This document shows, one piece after another, positions 1 to 14,100 of a stretch of DNA of 64,000 nucleotides (position 1 is the stretch's first letter; the number at the start of each line of letters is the position of its first letter). Source of the DNA: Eledone cirrhosa (taxonomy: Eukaryota). The translations under genes and the position numbers were made by a program. The notes below the pieces were generated by a model. The model searched no databases. It saw nothing but the letters and a program-made list of their open reading frames with translations, and had not been told where the DNA came from. The DNA lies in contig OZ024759.1 in assembly GCA_964016885.1 (NCBI GenBank), forward strand, positions 2,232,001 through 2,296,000, in the 5' to 3' direction.

Positions 1-239
1 TGACAAAGTCTATATTAGTAGCATGACAAAGTCTGTATTAGTAACATGACAGTCTATATTAGTAACATGACAAAGTCTATATTAGTAACATGACAAAGTC
101 TATATTAGTAGCATGACAAAGTCTATATTAGTAATATGACAAAGTCTATATTAGTAACATGACAAAGTCTATATTAGTAACATGACACAGTCTATATTAG
201 TAACATGACAAAGTCTATATTAGTAGCATGACAAAGTCT

Positions 240-1850
240 ATATTAGTAACATGACAAAGTCTATATTAGTAACATGACAAAGTCTATATTAGTAACATGA
301 CAAAGTCTATATTAGTAACATGACAAAGTCTATATTAGTAACATGACAAAGTCTATATTAGTAACATGACACAGTCTATATTAGTAACATGACAGTCTAT
401 ATTAGTAACATGACAGTCTACATTAGTAACATGACACAGTCTATATCAGTAACATGACAAAGTCGATATTAGTAACATGACAATGTCTATATTAGTAACA
501 TGACAAAGTCTATATTAGTAACATGACAAAGTCTATATTAGTAGCATGACAAAGTCTATATTAGTAACATGACAAAGTCTATATTAGTAACATGACAAAG
601 TCTATATTAGTAACATGACACAGTCTATATTAGTAACATGACAAAGTCTATATTAGTAGCATGACAAAGTCTATATTAGTAACATGACAAAGTCTATATT
701 AGTAACATGACAAAGTCTATATTAGTAACATGACAAAGTCTATATTAGTAACATGACAAAGTCTATATTAGTAACATGACACAGTCTATATTAGTAACAT
801 GACAGTCTATATTAGTAACATGACAGTCTACATTAGTAACATGACACAGTCTATATTAGTAACATGACACAGTCTATATTAGTAGCATGACAAAGTCTAT
901 ATTAGTAACATGACACAGTCTATATTAGTAGCATGACACAGTCTATATTAGTAACATGACAAAGTCTATATTAGTAACATGACAAAGTCTATATTAGTAA
1001 CATGACAAAGTCTATATTAGTAACATGACAAAGTCTATATTAGTAGCATGACAAAGTCTATATTAGTAACATGACAAAGTCTATATTAGTAACATGACAA
1101 AGTCTATATTTGTAACATGACAAAGTCTATATTAGTAACATGACAAAGTCTATATTAGTAACATGACACAGTCTATATTAGTAACATGACAGTCTATATT
1201 AGTAACATGACAGTCTACATTAGTAACATGACACAGTCTATATCAGTAACATGACAAAGTCGATATTAGTAACATGACAATGTCTATATTAGTAACATGA
1301 CAAAGTCTATATTAGTAACATGACAAAGTCTATATTAGTAGCATGACAAAGTCTATATTAGTAACATGACAAAGTCTATATTAGTAACATGACAAAGTCT
1401 ATATTAGTAACATGACACAGTCTATATTAGTAACATGACAAAGTCTATATTAGTAGCATGACAAAGTCTATATTAGTAACATGACAAAGTCTATATTAGT
1501 AACATGACAAAGTCTATATTAGTAACATGACAAATCTATATTAGTAACATGACAAAGTCTATATTAGTAACATGACACAGTCTATATTAGTAACATGACA
1601 GTCTATATTAGTAACATGACAGTCTACATTAGTAACATGACACAGTCTATATTAGTAACATGACACAGTCTATATTAGTAGCATGACAAAGTCTATATTA
1701 GTAACATGACACAGTCTATATTAGTAGCATGACACAGTCTATATTAGTAACATGACAAAGTCTATATTAGTAACATGACAAAGTCTATATTAGTAACATG
1801 ACAAATTCTATATTAGTAACATGACAAAGTCTATATTAGTAGCATGACAA
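240..1850. repeat. 797-bp (35-monomer) tandem higher-order duplication
   Basis: TATCAG at 447 and 1244 and GTCGAT at 465 and 1262 are both offset by 797 = 35x23 - 8 (four 2-bp deletion units). Boundaries are approximate. Confidence 0.85.
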
Positions 1851-4800
1851 AGTCTATATTAGTAACATGACAAAGTCTATATTAGTAACATGGCAAAGTC
1901 TATATTAGTAACATGACAAAGTCTATATTAGTAACATGACACAGTCTATATTAGTAGCATGACAAAGTCTATATTAGTAACATGACAAAGTCTATATTAG
2001 TAGCATGACACAGTCTATATTAGTAACATGACAAAGTCTATATTAGTAACATGGCAAAGTCTATATTAGTAACATGACAAAGTCTATATTAGTAACATGA
2101 CACAGTCTATATTAGTAGCATGACAAAGTCTATATTAGTAACATGACAAAGTCTATATTAGTAGCATGACACAGTCTATATTAGTAACATGACAAAGTCT
2201 ATATTAGTAACATGACAAAGTCTATATTAGTAACATGACAAAGTTTATATTAGTAACATGACAAAGTCTATATTAGTAACATGACAAAGTCTATATTAGT
2301 AACATGACAGTCTATATTAGTAACATGACACAGTCTATATTAGTAACATGACAAAGTCTGTATTAGTAACATGACAATGTCTATATTAGTAACATGACAC
2401 AGTCTATATTAGTAGCATGACAAAGTCTATATTAGTAACATGACACAGTCTATATTAGTAGCATGACACAGTCTATATTAGTAACATGACAAAGTCTATA
2501 TTAGTAGCATGACAAAGTCTATATTAGTAACATGACAAAGTCTATATTAGTAACATGACAAAGTCTATATTAGTACCATGACAAAGTCTATATTAGTAAC
2601 ATGACAAAGTCTATATTAGTAACATGACACAGTCTATATTAGTAACATGACAGTCTATATTAGTAACATGACAGTCTACATTCGTAACATGACACAGTCT
2701 ATATTAGTAACATGACAGTCTATATTAGTAGCATGACAAAGTCTATATTAGTAACATGACACAGTCTATATTAGTAGCATGACACAGTCTATATTAGTAA
2801 CATGACAAAGTCTATATTAGTAACATGACAAAGTCTATATTAGTAACATGACAAAGTCTATATTAGTAGCATGACAAAGTCTATATTAGTAACATGACAA
2901 AGTCTATATTAGTAACATGGCAAAGTCTATATTAGTAACATGACAAAGTCTATATTAGTAACATGACACAGTCTATATTAGTAGCATGACAAAGTCTATA
3001 TTAGTAACATGACAAAGTCTATATTAGTAGCATGACACAGTCTATATTAGTAACATGACAAAGTCTATATTAGTAACATGACAGTCTATATTAGTAACAT
3101 GACACAGTCTATATTAGTAACATGACACAGTCTATATTAGTAACATGAGACAGTCTATATTAGTAACATGACAAAGTCTATATTAGTAACATGACACAGT
3201 CTATATTAGTAACATGACACAGTCTATATTAGTAACATGACAAAGTCTATATTAGTAACATGACACAGTCTATATTAGTAACATGACACAGTCTATATTA
3301 GTAGCATGACAAAGTCTATGTTAGTAACATGACACAGTCTATATTAGTAGCATCACACAGTCTATATTAGTAACATGACAAAGTCTATATTAGTAACATG
3401 ACAAAGTTTATATTAGTAACATGACAAAGTCTATATTAGTAACATGACAAAGTCTATATTAGTAACATGACAGTCTATATTAGTAACATGACACAGTCTA
3501 TATTAGTAACATGACACAGTCTATATTAGTAACATGACAAAGTCTATATTAGTAACATGACAATGTCTATATTAGTAACATGACACAGTCTATATTAGTA
3601 GCATGACAAAGTCTATATTAGTAACATGACACAGTCTATATTAGTAGCATGACACAGTCTATATTAGTAACATGACAAAGTCTATATTAGTAACATGACA
3701 AAGTCTATATTAGTAACATGACAAAGTCTATATTAGTAACATGACAAAGTCTATATTAGTAGCATGACAAAGTCTATATTAGTAACATGACAAAGTCTAT
3801 ATTAGTAGCATGACACAGTCTATATTAGTAACATGACAAAGTCTATATTAGTAACATGACAGTCTATATTAGTAACATGACACAGTCTATATTAGTAACA
3901 TGACACAGTCTATATTAGTAACATGAGACAGTCTATATTAGTAACATGACAAAGTCTATATTAGTAACATGACACAGTCTATATTAGTAACATGACACAG
4001 TCTATATTAGTAACATGACAAAGTCTATATTAGTAACATGACACAGTCTATATTAGTAACATGACACAGTCTATATTAGTAGCATGACAAAGTCTATGTT
4101 AGTAACATGACACAGTCTATATTAGTAGCATCACACAGTCTATATTAGTAACATGACAAAGTCTATATTAGTAACATGACAAAGTCTATATTAGTAACAT
4201 GACAAAGTCTATATTAGTAACATGACAAAGTCTATATTAGTAACATGACAGTCTATATTAGTAACATGACACAGTCTATATTAGTAACATGACACAGTCT
4301 ATATTAGTAACATGACAAAGTCTATATTAGTAACATGACAAAGTCTATATTAGTAACATGACACAGTCTATATTAGTAGCATGACAAATTCTATATTAGT
4401 AACATGACACAGTCTATATTAGTAGCATGACACAGTCTATATTAGTAACATGACAAAGTCTATATTAGTAACATGACAAAGTCTATATTAGTAACATGAC
4501 AAAGTCTATATTAGTAACATGACAAAGTCTATATTAGTAGCATGACAAAGTCTATATTAGTAACATGACAAAGTCTATATTAGTAACATGACAAAGTCTA
4601 TGTTAATAACATGACAAAGTCTATATTAGTAACATGACAAAGTCTATATTAGTAACATGACAAAGTCTATATTAGTAACATGACACAGTCTATATTAGTA
4701 ACATGACAGTCTATATTAGTAACATGACAGTCTACATTAGTAACATGACACAGTCTATATTAGTAACATGACAAAGTCGATATTAGTAACATGACAATGT

Positions 4801-5089
4801 CTATATTAGTAACATGACAAAGTCTATATTAGTAACATGACACAGTCTATATTAGTAACATGACAAAGTCTATATTAGTAACATGGCAAAGTCTATATTA
4901 TAACATGACAAAGTCTATATTAGTAACATGACAAAGTCTATATTAGTAACATGACACAGTCTATATTAGTAACATGACAAAGTCTATATTAGTAACATGA
5001 CAAAGTCTATATTAGTAACATGACAAAGTCTATATTAGTAACATGACAAAGTCTATATTAGTAACATGACAAAATCTATATTAGTAGCA

Positions 5090-5880
5090 TGACAAAGTCT
5101 ATATTAGTAACATGACAAAGTCTATATTAGTAACATGACAAAGTCTATATTAGTAACATGACACAGTCTATATTAGTAACATGACAAAGTCTATATTAGT
5201 AGCATGACAAAGTCTATATTAGTAACATGACAAAGTCTATATTAGTAACATGACAAAGTCTATATTAGTAACATGACAAAGTCTATATTAGTAACATGAC
5301 AAAGTCTATATTAGTAACATGACACAGTCTATATTAGTAACATGACAGTCTATATTAGTAACATGACAGTCTACATTAGTAACATGACACAGTCTATATT
5401 AGTAACATGACAAAGTCGATATTAGTAACATCACAATGTCTATATTAGTAACATGACAAAGTCTATATTAGTAACATGACAAAGTCTATATTAGTAACAT
5501 GACAAAGTCTATATTAGTAACATGACACAGTCTATATTAGTAACATGACAAAGTCTATATTAGTAGCATGACAAAGTCTATATTAGTAACATGACAAAGT
5601 CTATATTAGTAACATGACAAAGTCTATATTAGTAACATGACAAAGTCTATATTAGTAACATGACAAAGTCTATATTAGTAACATGACACAGTCTATATTA
5701 GTAACATGACAGTCTATATTAGTAACATGACAGTCTACATTAGTAACATGACACAGTCTATATTAGTAACATGACAAAGTCGATATTAGTAACATGACAA
5801 TGTCTATATTAGTAACATGACAAAGTCTATATTAGTAACATGACAAAGTCTATATTAGTAACATGACAAAGTCTATATTA
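5090..5880. repeat. 364-bp (16-monomer) higher-order repeat pair; representative copy, recurring at about 8.4-9.2, 19.8-20.6, 28.5-29.3, 38.6-39.3, 45.0-45.8, 53.1-53.9 and 61.9-62.5 kb
   Basis: GTCGAT at 5418/5782 and 28813/29177 is offset by 364 = 16x23 - 4. Each repeat contains the cassette ACA, del2, del2+TAC, ACA, CGA, AAT. Confidence 0.88.
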
Positions 5881-8800
5881 GTAACATGACAAAGTCTATA
5901 TTAGTAACATGACATAGTCTATATTAGTAACATGACACAGTCTATATTAGTAACATGACAAAGTCTATATTAGTAGCATGACAAAGTCTGTATTAGTAAC
6001 ATGACAGTCTATATTAGTAACATGACAAAGTCTATATTAGTAACATGACAAAGTCTATATTAGTAGCATGACAAAGTCTATATTAGTAATATGACAAAGT
6101 CTATATTAGTAACATGACAAAGTCTATATTAGTAACATGACACAGTCTATATTAGTAACATGACAAAGTCTATATTAGTAGCATGACAAAGTCTATATTA
6201 GTAACATGACAAAGTCTATATTAGTAACATGACAAAGTCTATATTAGTAACATGACAAAGTCTATATTAGTAACATGACAAAGTCTATATTAGTAACATG
6301 ACAAAGTCTATATTAGTAACATGACACAGTCTATATTAGTAACATGACAGTCTATATTAGTAACATGACAGTCTACATTAGTAACATGACACAGTCTATA
6401 TCAGTAACATGACAAAGTCGATATTAGTAACATGACAATGTCTATATTAGTAACATGACAAAGTCTATATTAGTAACATGACAAAGTCTATATTAGTAGC
6501 ATGACAAAGTCTATATTAGTAACATGACAAAGTCTATATTAGTAACATGACAAAGTCTATATTAGTAACATGACACAGTCTATATTAGTAACATGACAAA
6601 GTCTATATTAGTAGCATGACAAAGTCTATATTAGTAACATGACAAAGTCTATATTAGTAACATGACAAAGTCTATATTAGTAACATGACAAAGTCTATAT
6701 TAGTAACATGACAAAGTCTATATTAGTAACATGACACAGTCTATATTAGTAACATCACAGTCTATATTAGTAACATGACAGTCTACATTAGTAACATTAC
6801 ACAGTCTATATTAGTAACATGACACAGTCTATATTAGTAGCATGACAAAGTCTATATTAGTAACATGACACAGTCTATATTAGTAGCATGACACAGTCTA
6901 TATTAGTAACATTACAAAGTCTATATTAGTAACATGACAAAGTCTATATTAGTAACATGACAAAGTCTATATTAGTAACATGACAAAGTCTATATTAGTA
7001 GCATGACAAAGTCTATATTAGTAACATGACAAAGTCTATATTAGTAACATGGCAAAGTCTATATTAGTAACATGACAAAGTCTATATTAGTAACATGACA
7101 CAGTCTATATTAGTAGCATGACAAAGTCTATATTAGTAACATGACAAAGTCTATATTAGTAGCATGACACAGTCTATATTAGTAACATGACAAAGTCTAT
7201 ATTAGTAACATGGCAAAGTCTATATTAGTAACATGACAAAGTCTATATTAGTAACATGACACAGTCTATATTAGTAGCATGACAAAGTCTATATTAGTAA
7301 CATGACAAAGTCTATATTAGTAGCATGACACAGTCTATATTAGTAACATGACAAAGTCTATATTAGTAACATGACAGTCTATATTAGTAACATGACACAG
7401 TCTATATTAGTAACATGACACAGTCTATATTAGTAACATGAGACAGTCTATATTAGTAACATGACAAAGTCTATATTAGTAACATGACACAGTCTATATT
7501 AGTAACATGACACAGTCTATATTAGTAACATGACAAAGTCTATATTAGTAACATGACACAGTCTATATTAGTAACATGACACAGTCTATATTAGTAGCAT
7601 GACAAAGTCTATGTTAGTAACATGACACAGTCTATATTAGTAGCATCACACAGTCTATATTAGTAACATGACAAAGTCTATATTAGTAACATGACAAAGT
7701 TTATATTAGTAACATGACAAAGTCTATATTAGTAACATGACAAAGTCTATATTAGTAACATGACAGTCTATATTAGTAACATGACACAGTCTATATTAGT
7801 AACATGACAAAGTCTGTATTAGTAACATGACAATGTCTATATTAGTAACATGACACAGTCTATATTAGTAGCATGACAAAGTCTATATTAGTAACATGAC
7901 ACAGTCTATATTAGTAGCATGACACAGTCTATATTAGTAACATGACAAAGTCTATATTAGTAACATGACAAAGTCTATATTAGTAACATGACAAAGAATA
8001 TATTAGTAACATGACAAAGTCTATATTAGTAGCATGACAAAGTCTATATTAGTAACATGACAAAGTCTATATTAGTAACATGACAAAGTCTATGTTAGTA
8101 ACATGACAAAGTCTATATTAGTAACATGACACAGTCTATATTAGTAACATGACAAAGTCTATATTAGTAACATGACACAGTCTATATTAGTAACATGACA
8201 AAGTCTATATTAGTAACATGGCAAAGTCTATATTATAACATGACAAAGTCTATATTAGTAACATGACAAAGTCTATATTAGTAACATGACACAGTCTATA
8301 TTAGTAACATGACAAAGTCTATATTAGTAACATGACAAAGTCTATATTAGTAACATGACAAAGTCTATATTAGTAACATGACAAAGTCTATATTAGTAAC
8401 ATGACAAAATCTATATTAGTAGCATGACAAAGTCTATATTAGTAACATGACAAAGTCTATATTAGTAACATGACAAAGTCTATATTAGAACATGACACAG
8501 TCTATATTAGTAACATGACAAAGTCTATATTAGTAGCATGACAAAGTCTATATTAGTAACATGACAAAGTCTATATTAGTAACATGACAAAGTCTATATT
8601 AGTAACATGACAAAGTCTATATTAGTAACATGATAAAGTCTATATTAGTAACATGACACAGTCTATATTAGTAACATGACAGTCTATATTAGTAACATGA
8701 CAGTCTACATTAGTAACATGACACAGTCTATATTAGTAACATGACAAAGTCGATATTAGTAACATGACAATGTCTATATTAGTAACATGACAAAGTCTAT

Positions 8801-11199
8801 ATTAGTAACATGACAAAGTCTATATTAGTAACATGACAAAGTCTATATTAGTAACATGACACAGTCTATATTAGTAACATGACAAAGTCTATATTAGTAG
8901 CATGACAAAGTCTATATTAGTAACATGACAAAGTCTATATTGGTAACATGACAAAGTCTATATTAGTAACATGACAAAGTCTATATTAGTAACATGACAA
9001 AGTCTATATTAGTAACATGACACAGTCTATATTAGTAACATGACAGTCTATATTAGTAACATGACAGTCTACATTAGTAACATGACACAGTCTATATTAG
9101 TAACATGACAAGGTCGATATTAGTAACATGACAATGTCTATATTAGTAACATGACAAAGTCTATATTAGTAACATGACAAAGTCTATATTAGTAACATGA
9201 CAAAGTCTATATTAGTAACATGACAAAGTCTATATTAGTAACATGACAAAGTCTATATTAGTAACATGACACAGTCTATATTAGTAACATGACAAAGTCT
9301 ATATTAGTAGCATGACAAAGTCTGTATTAGTAACATGACAGTCTATATTAGTAACATGACAAAGTCTATATTAGTAACATGACAAAGTCTATATTAGTAG
9401 CATGACAATGTCTATATTAGTAATATGACAAAGTCTATATTAGTAACATGACAAAGTCTATATTAGTAACATGACACAGTCTATATTAGTAACATGACAA
9501 AGTCTATATTAGTAGCATGACAAAGTCTATATTATAACATGACAAAGTCTATATTAGTAACATGACAAAGTCTATATTAGTAACATGACAAAGTCTATAT
9601 TAGTAACATGACAAAGTCTATATTAGTAACATGACAAAGTCTATATTAGTAACATGACACAGTCTATATTAGTAACATGACAGTCTATATTAGTAACATG
9701 ACAGTCTACATTAGTAACATGACACAGTCTATATCAGTAACATGACAAAGTCGATATTAGTAACATGACAATGTCTATATTAGTAACATGACAAAGTCTA
9801 TATTAGTAACATGACAAAGTCTATATTAGTAGCATGACAAAGTCTATATTAGTAACATGACAAAGTCTATATTAGTAACATGACAAAGTCTATATTAGTA
9901 ACATGACACAGTCTATATTAGTAACATGACAAAGTCTATATTAGTAGCATGACAAAGTCTATATTAGTAACATGACAAAGTCTATATTAGTAACATGACA
10001 AAGTCTATATTAGTAACATGACAAAGTCTATATTAGTAACATGACAAAGTCTATATTAGTAACATGACACAGTCTATATTAGTAACATGACAGTCTATAT
10101 TAGTAACATGACAGTCTACATTAGTAACATGACACAGTCTATATTAGTAACATGACACAGTCTATATTAGTAGCATGACAAAGTCTATATTAGTAACATG
10201 ACACAGTCTATATTAGTAGCATGACACAGTCTATATTAGTAACATGACAAAGTCTATATTAGTAACATGACAAAGTCTATATTAGTAACATGACAAAGTC
10301 TATATTAGTAACATGACAAAGTCTATATTAGTAGCATGACAAAGTCTATATTAGTAACATGACAAAGTCTATATTAGTAACATGGCAAAGTCTATATTAG
10401 TAACATGACAAAGTCTATATTAGTAACATGACACAGTCTATATTAGTAGCATGACAAAGTCTATATTAGTAACATGACAAAGTCTATATTAGTAGCATGA
10501 CACAGTCTATATTAGTAACATGACAAAGTCTATATTAGTAACATGGCAAAGTCTATATTAGTAACATGACAAAGTCTATATTAGTAACATGACACAGTCT
10601 ATATTAGTAGCATGACAAAGTCTATATTAGTAACATGACAAAGTCTATATTAGTAGCATGACACAGTCTATATTAGTAACATGACAAAGTCTATATTAGT
10701 AACATGACAGTCTATATTAGTAACATGACACAGTCTATATTAGTAACATGACACAGTCTATATTAGTAACATGAGACAGTCTATATTAGTAACATGACAA
10801 AGTCTATATTAGTAACATGACACAGTCTATATTAGTAACATGACACAGTCTATATTAGTAACATGACAAAGTCTATATTAGTAACATGACACAGTCTATA
10901 TTAGTAACATGACACAGTCTATATTAGTAGCATGACAAAGTCTATGTTAGTAACATGACACAGTCTATATTAGTAGCATCACACAGTCTATATTAGTAAC
11001 ATGACAAAGTCTATATTAGTAACATGACAAAGTTTATATTAGTAACATGACAAAGTCTATATTAGTAACATGACAAAGTCTATATTAGTAACATGACAGT
11101 CTATATTAGTAACATGACACAGTCTATATTAGTAACATGACAAAGTCTGTATTAGTAACATGACAATGTCTATATTAGTAGCATGACAAAGTCTATATT

Positions 11200-14100
11200 A
11201 GTAACATGACACAGTCTATATTAGTAGCATGACACAGTCTATATTAGTAACATGACAAAGTCTATATTAGTAACATGACAAAGTCTATATTAGTAACATG
11301 ACAAAGTCTATATTAGTAACATGACAAAGTCTATATTAGTAGCATGACAAAGTTTATATTAGTAACATGACAAAGTCTATATTAGTAGCATGACACAGTC
11401 TATATTAGTAACATGACAAAGTCTATATTAGTAACATGACAGTCTATATTAGTAACATGACACAGTCTATATTAGTAACATGACACAGTCTATATTAGTA
11501 ACATGAGACAGTCTATATTAGTAACATGACAAAGTCTATATTAGTAACATGACACAGTCTATATTAGTAACATGACACAGTCTATATTAGTAACATGACA
11601 AAGTCTATATTAGTAACAGGACACAGTCTATATTAGTAACATGACACAGTCTATATTAGTAGCATGACAAAGTCTATGTTAGTAACATGACACAGTCTAT
11701 ATTAGTAGCATCACACAGTCTATATTAGTAACATGACAAAGTCTATATTAGTAACATGACAAAGTCTATATTAGTAACATGACAAAGTCTATATTAGTAA
11801 CATGACACAGTCTATATTAGTAGCATGACAAAGTCTATATTAGTAACATGACAAAGTCTATATTAGTAGCATGACACAGTCTATATTAGTAACATGACAA
11901 AGTCTATATTAGTAACATGACAGTCTATATTAGTAACATGACACAGTCTATATTAGTAACATGACACAGTCTATATTAGTAGCATGACAAAGTCTATATT
12001 AGTAACATGACAAAGTCTATATTAGTAACATGACAAAGTCTATGTTAGTAACATGACAAAGTCTATATTAGTAACATGACAAAGTCTATATTAGTAACAT
12101 GACAAAGTCTATATTAGTAACATGACACAGTCTATATTAGTAACATGACAGTCTATATTAGTAACATGACAGTCTACATTAGTAACATGACACAGTCTAT
12201 ATTAGTAACATGACAAAGTCGATATTAGTAACATGACACAGTCTATATTAGTAACATGACACAGTCTATATTAGTAGCATGACAAAGTCTATGTTAGTAA
12301 CATGACACAGTCTATATTAGTAGCATCACACAGTCTATATTAGTAACATGACAAAGTCTATATTAGTAACATGACAAAGTCTATATTAGTAACATGACAA
12401 AGTCTATATTAGTAACATGACACAGTCTATATTAGTAGCATGACAAAGTCTATATTAGTAACATGACAAAGTCTATATTAGTAGCATGACACAGTCTATA
12501 TTAGTAACATGACAAAGTCTATATTAGTAACATGACAGTCTATATTAGTAACATGACACAGTCTATATTAGTAACATGACACAGTCTATATTAGTAACAT
12601 GAGACAGTCTATATTAGTAACATGACAAAGTCTATATTAGTAACATGACACAGTCTATATTAGTAACATGACAAAGTCTATATTAGTAACATGACAAAGT
12701 CTATATTAGTAACATGACACAGTCTATATTAGTAACATGACACAGTCTATATTAGTAGCATGACAAAGTCTATCTTAGTAACATGACACAGTCTATATTA
12801 GTAGCATCACACAGTCTATATTAGTAACATGACAAAGTCTATATTAGTAACATGACAAAGTTTATATTAGTAACATGACAAAGTCTATATTAGTAACATG
12901 ACAAAGTCTATGTTAGTAACATGACACAGTCTATATTAGTAGCATCACACAGTCTATATTAGTAACATGACAAAGTCTATATTAGTAACATGACAAAGTC
13001 TATATTAGTAACATGACAAAGTCTATATTAGTAACATGACACAGTCTATATTAGTAGCATGACAAAGTCTATATTAGTAACATGACAAAGTCTATATTAG
13101 TAGCATGACACAGTCTATATTAGTAACATGACAAAGTCTATATTAGTAACATGACAGTCTATATTAGTAACATGACACAGTCTATATTAGTAACATGACA
13201 CAGTCTATATTAGTAACATGAGACAGTCTATATTAGTAACATGACAAAGTTTATATTAGTAACATGACACAGTCTATATTAGTAACATGACACAGTCTAT
13301 ATTAGTAACATGACAAAGTCTATATTAGTAACATGACACAGTCTATATTAGTAACATGACACAGTCTATATTAGTAGCATGACAAAGTCTATCTTAGTAA
13401 CATGACACAGTCTATATTAGTAGCATCACACAGTCTATATTAGTAACATGACAAAGTCTATATTATTAACATGACAAAGTTTATATTAGTAACATGACAA
13501 AGTCTATATTAGTAACATGACAAAGTCTATATTAGTAACATGACAGTCTATATTAGTAACATGACACAGTCTATATTAGTAACATGACACAGTCTATATT
13601 AGTAACATGACAAAGTCTATATTAGTAACATGACAAAGTCTATATTAGTAACATGACAAAGTCTATATTAGTAACATGACACAGTCTATATTAGTAGCAT
13701 GACAAAGTCTATATTAGTAACATGACAAAGTCTATATTAGTAGCATGACACAGTCTATATTAGTAACATGACAAAGTCTATATTAGTAACATGACAGTCT
13801 ATATTAGTAACATGACACAGTCTATATTAGTAACATGACACAGTCTATATTAGTAACATGAGACAGTCTATATTAGTAACATGACAAAGTCTATATTAGT
13901 AACATGACACAGTCTATATTAGTAACATGACACAGTCTATATTAGTAACATGACAAAGTCTATATTAGTAACATGACACAGACTATATTAGTAACATGAC
14001 ACAGTCTATATTAGTAGCATGACAAAGTCTATCTTAGTAACATGACACAGTCTATATTAGTAGCATCACACAGTCTATATTAGTAACATGACAAAGTCTA

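Noticed and set aside
47-52. TGACA/TGACAG matches to TALE-homeodomain (MEIS/TGIF) motifs, and TATA-like TATAT
   Set aside because: These 5-6 bp matches in an AT-rich monomer are expected by chance, and there is no gene context to support a regulatory role.
90-116. Chain of micro-ORFs: each monomer reads ATG ACA AAG TCT ATA TTA GTA ACA TGA (MTKSILVT*), with the stop overlapping the next ATG (ATGA). The minus strand gives MLLI*.
   Set aside because: This follows automatically from a 23-bp period containing ATGA. There is no ribosome-binding site, promoter or codon-level constraint, and frameshifting 21/22-bp units are common.
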